Part shown: in pieces, positions 51,145 to 58,995 of the stretch | Layout: every line of letters begins with the position of its first letter | Position numbering within the stretch: the first letter of the stretch is position 1 | The notes under the pieces: model-generated | Told to the model about the DNA's origin: nothing | The model's database searches: none | The model's input: the letters and a program-made list of their open reading frames with translations, nothing else | Made by a program: the position numbers and the translations under genes | Assembly (NCBI GenBank): GCA_963809895.1 | Contig: CAWELD010000010.1 | Location: 448,001 to 512,000 of the forward strand | Direction of reading: 5' to 3' | From: an uncultured Gemmatimonadales bacterium | Lineage (GTDB): Bacteria > Gemmatimonadota > Gemmatimonadetes > Longimicrobiales > Gaopeijiaceae | DNA length: 64,000 nucleotides

Positions 51145-52630
51145 GTGCCTCGCCGGTTGAGTTCGCCAGGAAATCCCGGATGCGATCCATGTAGACAGTG
51201 CGGTCATGGCTCTTCACCACCGCACCAGCCATGCGAACGGGATCGCCGAAGAAGAAGCGCTCGTAGAGCACCTGCCGCGATGCAAACGCCGACATGGCGG
51301 TATCCCACGCCAGGCGGAAGATGGGAATCCGCTCGTGGGCCTCCGCTCGGGCCGCTTGGAAATACCGCTGTATATCGGCAGCCATGGGGCCGTCTACGTC
51401 GGCTTCGGTGGGCATGGCCACGAGTCCGGACGCCCCCATCTGCCTGATGATCTCCACCATGCGCGGGTACAGGCGCGGGTACAGATTACGCGCGGCATCC
51501 AGTGGGGCCCATGCGGGTCGCATGACACCCCACTCATCCAGCTCGGCGTCCACCTCCGCCGTGCGGAGGAAGGCCTTCATCGTCTCCAGGTTCACCCAGA
51601 TCTCGGCAATCTTCTCCTGGATATGCTGGAATCCTTCGATGGCGATCGTGTCCGCAACCAGCGACGCGACGCCGAGCAGGAACTCGGTCTTCGCAACGTT
51701 CTTAACTACCACCTGGTGCGCCATGTGGACGACCGCGCCGGTACGGGCATACGACGCATTACACCGTTCGGGCTCACGGTACATGAACACGCGCTGCCAC
51801 GGGACCAGGACATCATCGAACGTCACCACCGCGTCCATCTCCTCGAAGCGCGAGGAGAGCGGGTGGTCATAGTGGGAGCGACCGTAGTCCACGCTCTCAC
51901 GGCATAGGAACCTCAGCCCTTCGGTGTTGCTCGGGATGCAGAATGCGTACGAATAGCCCGCATGTTCGGGTGTGTTCTTCAGGAACGTGGAGGGGAATAC
52001 CATGATCTCGTCGGACACGGGCAGAGTGGCCAGCATCCGACATCCCCGGATAACGATGCCCTCCGACGTCTCCTCCTTCACCTTCGCTGCCAGGTAGGGA
52101 TCATCCTGCTCAGCCGCGTGTTTGGCCCGGTTGGCCTGCGGGGAGCTGAGCGTGTGCGTGAGGCAGAGGTCGTTTTCCCGCATGTAACGGTGATACTCGC
52201 GGATATTCTCCCCAAAACGCGGGTCCTTTTCGGCGAGGAAGTCCGCGCCCCCGGCGTACCCCGAGATGGATCGGTTGATGTAGTCGGGCAGGCGGCCCAT
52301 GAGGCCGAAGCTGGCGCTCGCCCACTTCTTCATGGACCGACCGATGCTCTCCAACTCTGGTCCCGTGCGCGGGATCATGAACGAGCGTCCCACCTGGTTC
52401 CCAGTATCGGGAGACTGGAAGAGCGTGGCTTCTGGATCCTCCCACTGCATGTCGTAGAGGCCCGCCAGCGTATGGATGCCGCGCCCGATGGCCGGGTGCT
52501 CGGTCGGATCCTCGACCTGCTTCCCGCCGTACCAGAGGTTGGGCGGATCCTTGCGTAGGCGTTCCAACAGCGCAGAGCCGCTGCGTGCACCCCTCCCGGT
52601 GTCTTGTTCTCCTGCCGCGTCCTGCATCAC
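51128..52630 (-). CDS. hpaB: 4-hydroxyphenylacetate 3-monooxygenase-type oxygenase component
   Basis: MGRLPDY, TH, GCRMLATL, DHPLSSRFEEMDA and RQVLYERFFFGDP; GAGGAG before the start. Substrate not established. Confidence 0.88.
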   Translation of the reverse strand: MMQDAAGEQDTGRGARSGSALLERLRKDPPNLWYGGKQVEDPTEHPAIGRGIHTLAGLYDMQWEDPEATLFQSPDTGNQVGRSFMIPRTGPELESIGRSMKKWASASFGLMGRLPDYINRSISGYAGGADFLAEKDPRFGENIREYHRYMRENDLCLTHTLSSPQANRAKHAAEQDDPYLAAKVKEETSEGIVIRGCRMLATLPVSDEIMVFPSTFLKNTPEHAGYSYAFCIPSNTEGLRFLCRESVDYGRSHYDHPLSSRFEEMDAVVTFDDVLVPWQRVFMYREPERCNASYARTGAVVHMAHQVVVKNVAKTEFLLGVASLVADTIAIEGFQHIQEKIAEIWVNLETMKAFLRTAEVDAELDEWGVMRPAWAPLDAARNLYPRLYPRMVEIIRQMGASGLVAMPTEADVDGPMAADIQRYFQAARAEAHERIPIFRLAWDTAMSAFASRQVLYERFFFGDPVRMAGAVVKSHDRTVYMDRIRDFLANSTGEAHGDGG

Positions 52631-52687
52631 CCCTCCTCCGTGGTCTCATGATCCCCGCCTGACGCAGCGGATCTCTCGATCGATTAA

Positions 52688-52700
52688 ATTGTCTGACAAT
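52688..52700. promoter_or_regulatory. Candidate GntR/FadR operator
   Basis: Perfect palindrome ATTGTC-T-GACAAT in the AT-rich divergent hpaB/gntR intergenic region. Confidence 0.65.
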
Positions 52701-52773
52701 CCTAATGTATGGACATTTGGAGAGGAAGCAAGTATGATTGTTGGTCTGCACCGGGTTCACAGCACGAGGCGTC

Positions 52774-53502
52774 ATGAACCAACCAACGTTGTTTGCCGAC
52801 CGGAACGTCACGATCAGGAGGACGACCACCGTGGATCAGGTGGTCGCCACCGTGTCCGACCTGATTTTCCAGGGGGAGCTTCCGCCAGGCACTCCGCTCA
52901 GGGAGGAGGCTCTGGCCGCGAGCCTGGGCGTCGCGCGGACCACACTTCGTGAAGCGTTGAAGGAGCTGATCCACAAGGGACTGGTGCGGCACCACGCTCA
53001 CCGGGGATCTGCCGTGGTCACTCTGACCCCTGTGGATGTGGCCGACCTTTATCGTGTGCGGAGGCTTCTGGAACTTCCGGCTGTGCGGACCTGTCTTTCA
53101 GGCGAAGATCGCCTGCTCAGGATCGAGCGCCTGGAGGCGATCGTGGAGCGAGCAGAGGCCGCCGCCCGAGGCGGTAGGATCGCCGACCTCGTCCATGCCG
53201 ACCTTGCGTTTCACCGAGAAGTCGTGAGTTGGTTGGGCAGCAGCCGGACCGACCAGTACTTCGACTCGATCCTCAATGAGCTCCGCATCGGGTTCGCCCA
53301 GGTGGAGCGCGAACAGCGGTCCCTGACGGCACAGGCGAGCGTGCACCGCGAAATCCTGGAATGCCTTCAAGCGGGAGACGGCGAGGGATGCGCGCGTGTT
53401 CTCGGAGACCATCTCGCTGACTCCGAAGAAACGGTGGGGGCGGCGGTCGCGCGGTCGGTGAGCGAGGACGCGGGACCCCAGGGATCGGCCGCGACGGCCT
53501 GA
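52774..53502 (+). CDS. GntR-family regulator (FCD domain)
   Basis: LPPGTPLRE..LA..LGVARTTLREAL wHTH; R..LE, D..FH and H..I in the FCD. Confidence 0.92.
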   Translation: MNQPTLFADRNVTIRRTTTVDQVVATVSDLIFQGELPPGTPLREEALAASLGVARTTLREALKELIHKGLVRHHAHRGSAVVTLTPVDVADLYRVRRLLELPAVRTCLSGEDRLLRIERLEAIVERAEAAARGGRIADLVHADLAFHREVVSWLGSSRTDQYFDSILNELRIGFAQVEREQRSLTAQASVHREILECLQAGDGEGCARVLGDHLADSEETVGAAVARSVSEDAGPQGSAATA

Positions 53503-53533
53503 GTTCCAGCACCTGTCCTCCACCGAGGACCCA

Positions 53534-54919
53534 ATGAGTCCCACACCTGGGCCAAGCGGCAATCCGTCCACAGCACGGGAGCACTGGAAGAGCAGACTCG
53601 GGTTCATCAGTGCAACGGCGGGACTGTCCATTGGCTTGGGCAACGTCTGGCGATTCCCATACGTGGTCGGAGAGAACGGGGGGGGGGCTTTCCTCCTGGT
53701 GTACCTGCCAGCAGTAATCCTCATTGGTATTCCTCTGTTCACTGCGGAGATTTCACTGGGCCGGAGTGCGCAGCTCACCCCTATCGCTGGGATGCGTAGG
53801 CTCACCGGGCGAGCCTTTGGGTTCTGGAATCTCATCGGATGGCTGGGCGTCATCGCTGCCTTCGGAATCCTGACCTACTACGTGATGCTGCTGGCCTGGA
53901 TCGCTGACTATACGGTGGCGACCGCGACCGGTCGGTTCGTGGGGGCCGGTGCATCCGAGATCTCCGACGCCTTCGAGGTGATGGCGGGAAGTCCCGGACG
54001 CGTACTGGGGTGGATGGTGACGCTCTCGGTGGTGATGGGACTTGTCGTCACCCGTGGCCTCCAGCGCGGCATCGAGATGGCGAGCCGTATCCTCATGCCT
54101 TTGCTGGCGGTCCTCATGGTGGTGCTTGCCGTGGGGGCCATGTCATTGCCTGGGGCAGGAGAGGGCCTGGAGTGGTTCCTCCGTCCCCGGCTCGAAGGGC
54201 TCTCACCCCGGACCGTCCTGACCGCGCTGGGACAGGCGTTCTTCAGCCTGAGCATCGGCATGGCCGCAGCGTTCGTGTTCGGGAGCTATCTCGATCCCGA
54301 GGACAGCGATATTCCGGGTGCAGCCGCGACCGTCGCGGTTTTCGATACATTAGCCGCCATCTGTGCTGGTCTCATCATCTTTCCGGCGGTTTTCTCGCTT
54401 GGGTTGGAGCCCGATTCGGGGCCGCGGCTCATCTTCGTGACCATGACGAACGTGTTCTCCCAGGCGCCCATGGGGCGCTTGGTCGGAACCGCCTTCTTCT
54501 CCCTCCTGCTGCTCGCCGGGGTGACCTCCGGGATGGCTACGGTGGAGGCCGTAACCGCAACGGTTATCGATTCCTTGGGTCTCGACCGAAAGAGAACCGT
54601 CTGGATAGTCCTCGCCTCGGCCTTCTGCTTCGGAATTCCCAGTGTTCTCTCGTTCGGACCGTGGTCGGCAGTACGCCTGTTCGGCATGGACATCTTCGGG
54701 CGTGTCGACTTCTTGTTCGGAGTGGTCTTCCTGGCGCTGGGCGGGCTCCTGATGGCGTTGTACACATCACTTGTTTGGGGCTTCGACGCTTTTGCCAGGG
54801 ATACGAACGTCGGCGCGGGTCGGATCCGTGTGGGTCCCGCCTGGAGGGTGTTCGTGAAGATCTTGGTGCCCCTCTCCATCATCCTCGTCCTCCTCAGTGC
54901 CATCGGAGTCGTATCGTGA
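53534..54919 (+). CDS. Sodium-dependent transporter, NSS/SNF family
   Basis: IGLGNVWRFPY...NGGGAF and GQAFFSLS motifs; ~11 TM. Confidence 0.93.
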   Translation: MSPTPGPSGNPSTAREHWKSRLGFISATAGLSIGLGNVWRFPYVVGENGGGAFLLVYLPAVILIGIPLFTAEISLGRSAQLTPIAGMRRLTGRAFGFWNLIGWLGVIAAFGILTYYVMLLAWIADYTVATATGRFVGAGASEISDAFEVMAGSPGRVLGWMVTLSVVMGLVVTRGLQRGIEMASRILMPLLAVLMVVLAVGAMSLPGAGEGLEWFLRPRLEGLSPRTVLTALGQAFFSLSIGMAAAFVFGSYLDPEDSDIPGAAATVAVFDTLAAICAGLIIFPAVFSLGLEPDSGPRLIFVTMTNVFSQAPMGRLVGTAFFSLLLLAGVTSGMATVEAVTATVIDSLGLDRKRTVWIVLASAFCFGIPSVLSFGPWSAVRLFGMDIFGRVDFLFGVVFLALGGLLMALYTSLVWGFDAFARDTNVGAGRIRVGPAWRVFVKILVPLSIILVLLSAIGVVS

Positions 54920-55839
54920 GCTTTCCTCGCACCGAGTGGATCTGGAAGAACGGCGAACTGATTCCGTGGGAAGACGCCACCATCCACTCACTCTCCCACG
55001 TGGTGCATCACGGCTCGTGCGTCTTCGAGGGTGTGCGCTGTTACGAAACGGCGGAAGGGGCGGCGATCTTTCGCCTGCGTGATCACATGCGTCGCCTGGT
55101 CGGCTCGGCGAAGGTGTACCGGATGGAACTGGCCCACTCGGCCGAGGAACTCGGAGCCGCCTGCGTCGAGCTGGTGCGCAGCAACGGGCTCCGGGCCTGC
55201 TACATCCGGCCTTTCGCCCTCCGAGGTCTCGGATACCCGGGCGTGAACCCGACCGGTACGCCCATCGAGGTGTTCATTGCGTGCTGGCCCTGGGGGACAT
55301 ACCTGGGAGACGAGGCTCTGGAGCGGGGTGTGGATGCCTGTGTGTCCAGTTGGTCGCGGCCCGCGCCCAATACGTTGCCGGTCGGGGCAAAGGCCGCGGG
55401 CAACTATCTGAGTTCGCAACTCATCAAGATGGAGGCCCTCGCCAACGGTTACGACGAGGGCATCGCCCTCTCTCCCGGGGGCTTGGTGAGCGAGGGGAGC
55501 GCGCAGAACCTCTTCCTGGTGCGGGACGGGGCTCTGTTCACGCCCGCCGTCGATGGGACCCTCCTCGCCGGGATCACCCGCCACACCGTGCTCCAGATCA
55601 TCAAAGATCTCGATCTCACGGTTGTGCAGGGCCCCATCCCCCGCGAGGACCTGTACACCGCCGACGAATTGTTCTTCTGCGGGACTGCAGTAGAAGTGAC
55701 ACCGGTGCGGGCCGTGGATGGCGTTCCGATCGGCTCCAGGGAGCCCGGACCCATTACCCGCCGGATCCAGAGTCGCTTCCTGGAGAGCGTCACCGGACGG
55801 CTCCGCGACGTCCACGGATGGCTTACCCGGGTCGAATAG
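54916..55839 (+). CDS. ilvE: Class IV (branched-chain) amino acid aminotransferase
   Basis: VFEG.R.Y, YIRP, KAAGNY, EGSAQNLF, L.GITR and GTAVEVTP; GTGA overlap with the transporter. Confidence 0.9.
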   Translation: MSFPRTEWIWKNGELIPWEDATIHSLSHVVHHGSCVFEGVRCYETAEGAAIFRLRDHMRRLVGSAKVYRMELAHSAEELGAACVELVRSNGLRACYIRPFALRGLGYPGVNPTGTPIEVFIACWPWGTYLGDEALERGVDACVSSWSRPAPNTLPVGAKAAGNYLSSQLIKMEALANGYDEGIALSPGGLVSEGSAQNLFLVRDGALFTPAVDGTLLAGITRHTVLQIIKDLDLTVVQGPIPREDLYTADELFFCGTAVEVTPVRAVDGVPIGSREPGPITRRIQSRFLESVTGRLRDVHGWLTRVE

Positions 55840-56078
55840 TCTCGGGTGCCGATGCAGGTGACCGAGTCGTCGGCGTCCCCACGCCGCCAAGACCAGGCGA
55901 CGTCACCGCACCATGGTCTCCGTGGGGAGAGTGCACGCTCTCTACGTTCGACGTGGGGCCTGCGTCCAACAACGGCTCAGTGCACGAACCGGTATCCCGG
56001 TGCCACGAACCGGTCGTGAAATGGGCAACTCCCCGTCAGAGCCGTGCCCATTGGATCGGACCATTCAGAGATCGGAGT

Positions 56079-56408
56079 CTAGGTGGGCGGGCTCACCCTC
56101 TCGTCCAAGACCTCAAAATGAGCTGATCTCAGGTCCCACCGCTTGAGGACTGCCTGAGCCGGTTCGGGTACGTAGCATTGCTCATAGTCTTCGCCCGTGA
56201 AGTCTCTCACGCTCTGAAGGGACGCGAAGGTCATCACGGTCACAAACTCGACCTCGTCTTCATGATCCCGCCTCAGAACGTCAATCCCCCGGTAGCCTTC
56301 TATCTTCTTGGCCTCGATTCCGGGGATCACGATTGTACTCAGGACCTGCCAGTAGGCCTCGGCGTCCTCAGGAGCAGTCCAGCCGTGCCGTATACGTTTG
56401 ATTGTCAT
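56079..56408 (-). CDS. ABM-like (dimeric alpha-beta barrel) small protein
   Basis: I.R..HG, GY.G...LRR, EF.T.M.F.S...V..F.G.DY pattern. Confidence 0.75.
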   Translation of the reverse strand: MTIKRIRHGWTAPEDAEAYWQVLSTIVIPGIEAKKIEGYRGIDVLRRDHEDEVEFVTVMTFASLQSVRDFTGEDYEQCYVPEPAQAVLKRWDLRSAHFEVLDERVSPPT

Positions 56409-56527
56409 TCGTCCGCCTTCGAGAGTGTTCGAAACTGTAGTCAGCTTGGGACGGATCGGATGACGGATCCAGTGGGAGCGGGTCATCGTCTCGTCCCTCA
56501 CGGAATGCTGGCTCCGGACCAGGAGCC

Positions 56528-56863
56528 TCACCTCCTCACACATAGGCAGCCAGCGGGGCGATAGTAGAAGACAGAGCTGATCTGGTCGGGATTGCCTCCG
56601 TCATTGGTGCCGTTGTCGATGAGCTCGATGGCCACTCCGGTGATCAAGGCGTCGACGTCGTCCCCATATGTCGATCGATCCCACGTCGTCTCGTTGGACT
56701 GGAAGAGGATCCGGCGTCCGTCTGGGGAGAAGTGGGGGTACTTGAACTCCACCGTGGTGAGGCGGACCAGCGAGTCCAGGGAGAGGGAGGCCTGGGCGGC
56801 CGCGCCGGGTACGGCCAGGACCACCGCGAGGGCGGAGTGGCGGACGGGAGCGGACCGGATCAT
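56528..56863 (-). pseudogene. Truncated or chimeric TolB/PD40-repeat protein remnant
   Basis: Signal peptide and one PD40 unit (YPHFSPDGRRILFQSN), then unrelated sequence. Confidence 0.5.
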
Positions 56864-57315
56864 CGGTATCTCCGTGCTTATGACAACACCAGGTGTTGGC
56901 AAAGTATCAACAGCACAGCCATGCACAATCAATACCTGGGACGCGACGCCGTGCCACTACCATTGCTAGGTGTGGGCATGACAGAGCCCCGCGACGTGCG
57001 GCCGTCCCCCCCTGACCCGGCGCCTCCTCCGCGGTCCGGCTCGGCTCCCCCGCCGCCGAGGTTTCCGCCCCATGCGCCTGAAGGGACGGTCCGGCACATC
57101 CTCGTCCGTTTCGGCGGCCGCGGGTGACGTCGTCCTCCTGAATGCCCTACCTGTGGATTGAAAGCCTCAACTGAGGGCGCCAACCAGTGGTGCGCCACCA
57201 CGGGAGCCGGCCCGACCTTCCAGGCCGACCATGGACAGATCCAGATCCGCTAACCGACACTCGTCTCACCTTCAGCGGTCGACCTCCGGTCCGCCGCTCA
57301 ATCGGGGACACTGAC

Positions 57316-57837
57316 ATGTCCGAAACGAACAGCCGCACGTGGTGGGTGGCCGCAGGCCTCCTGCTCGCTCTCGCTCCAGCCTCCGCCGTGGGGCAGACCT
57401 CGCCGAGGTGTACCGACGCGGAGTTCCGCCAGATGGACTTCTGGATCGGAAGCTGGGAGGTGACCGACGCCGAGGGGACCCTGGTGGGCCGGAGCACCGT
57501 CTCTCCCATCATGGAGATGTGCGCGCTCCGCGAGGAGTGGGACTCGGGCCAGGTGAAGGGGATGAGCATCAACATGTATGACAAGCCCACCAGGTCCTGG
57601 CACCAGATGTGGGTGGACAACATGGGCGTGGTGTTGCGTCTGGAGGGCGCCCGATCCGGCGAGGCCATGGTGCTTCACGGCAGTCGGGTGGGGTCGGACG
57701 GGAAGGAACGTCAGCTACGGGTGACGCTGACGCCCCAGGCCGACGGATCGCTCCGCCAACTCCAGGAGCGTTCCGAGGATAACGGCATGACCTGGTCGGT
57801 GATCTTCGATGGACACTATTCGAAGACCGGGATGTAG
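57316..57837 (+). CDS. Secreted hypothetical protein (DUF1579-like beta-barrel)
   Basis: Signal peptide; DFWIGSW, G.S...YD....WHQ.WVD and S.D.G.TW...F...Y. Confidence 0.75.
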   Translation: MSETNSRTWWVAAGLLLALAPASAVGQTSPRCTDAEFRQMDFWIGSWEVTDAEGTLVGRSTVSPIMEMCALREEWDSGQVKGMSINMYDKPTRSWHQMWVDNMGVVLRLEGARSGEAMVLHGSRVGSDGKERQLRVTLTPQADGSLRQLQERSEDNGMTWSVIFDGHYSKTGM

Positions 57838-57861
57838 AACGGGCGTTCGCACGGGAAACGG

Positions 57862-58195
57862 ATGACCCGCGGCGAGCAGCGACATCCGACCGAGCCCTTT
57901 TGGGAGGTTTCCTACCAGGACGACGACGTGGCCACCTTCGGTCCTCCTTCATCGGGGTTGGACCGGGTGGTCGCGTCGCTTCCATAAGGGGCGCGGGCTC
58001 TGGATCTTGGGTGCGGAGACGGGCGCAACACACTCCACCTGATCCGCCTGGGCTGTGAGCGCGTGGGTTCAGGAGGTGACGACGCTGGAACTCAAACGGT
58101 CTTATCACCTCGTGGTCTGCCAGGGGCTCCTGCACCTGCTCCTGCCCGACGCCCGCCTTCCCCTGGTCGAAAGGCTCAAGGCCGCCACTCTGCCT
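57862..58195 (+). pseudogene. SAM-dependent methyltransferase remnant (TehB-like)
   Basis: RALDLGCGDGRN motif I preceded by an in-frame TAA; later frameshift and truncation. Confidence 0.65.
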
Positions 58196-58360
58196 CCCTC
58201 GAAGACGAGCATCCGGGCGGGGTACGGCACCGTCATGCGGTCAATTCGGTGGTCGCCCGGAGGCGTCCCTGACCGGGCCGCGGTGATCCGTCGCCGTCGC
58301 TGCCCGCGACCGTCGGGCGATGCGGCCGGCTCCCCCGGTGCACCCCGGAGGTCGTGGCGT

Positions 58361-58460
58361 CTACTCGTCCCGGAGCACCTCGATCGGATCGACCCGCGCA
58401 GCTCTGCGCGCGGGGAAATAGCACGCCAGCAGCGTGACGGATCCCAGCAGGGCCGCGCAC
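58361..58460 (-). pseudogene. C-terminal fragment of an ADOP-type ABC permease
   Basis: LLACYFPARRAARVDPIEVLRDE*, paralogous to the C-terminus of 32274..34979. Confidence 0.75.
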
Positions 58461-58464
58461 CGAG

Positions 58465-58752
58465 GCTCGAAGCTCACTGCGAACCGCCCGAAACAGAATC
58501 CGAAGTACCGCGCTTGACAGCTCACCGTTTCGCATGAGGTGCGGTCGCAGCCGCTTGGGCACGGACAGCACCCATTGCCGCATCGGTACGACCGGAACGA
58601 CGCTGTCGCTGAGGTGTGCGGCGACCTCGGCCATGCGCCGGTTGGTGCACGAGGGGCAGACGCAGCGTCCCTTGCAGCTGAAGGCCACCAGCCGCTCCTG
58701 GCGGCAGTCGTTGCAGCGCGCCCGAGCGAACCCGAACGCGAGGATCCCGCAG
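58465..58752 (-). mobile_element. IS91-family transposase zinc-binding domain fragment
   Basis: CGILAFGFARARCNDC...VAFSCKGR..CPSC..RRM...A.HL...P.RQWVLSVP; Y2 catalytic domain absent. Confidence 0.85.
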
Positions 58753-58757
58753 GTGGC

Positions 58758-58995
58758 GCACCCCTGGGTGCCGCTCGGCGAAGAGGTCGGCGATGCGTTG
58801 CTCGGTGGTCGACCTCCTGGTCTCCGGCCCACGTCAGCACTCGCAGGGTGACGGCGTCGGGGGATCCCGGAGCGGTGTCGGGGCCGCAGGCGGCGGCGAC
58901 GAGCACGAGCGCAACGGACAGGTACCGGAATCCCAGGGCGGATCGCGGGCGCGTGCGCATCGGACGTGGGATCACGGGATCCGGGCGGTGGGGGA
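58758..58995. repeat. Right copy of the direct repeat: truncated, frameshifted SBP 5' end
   Basis: Encodes MIPRPM...VAAACGPDTAPGSPDAVTLRVLTWAGDQEV from GTG 58975; one extra base near 58810. Confidence 0.9.

Noticed and set aside
42715..58757. Prophage or ICE
   Set aside because: No integrase, tRNA target, phage structural genes or conjugation genes.
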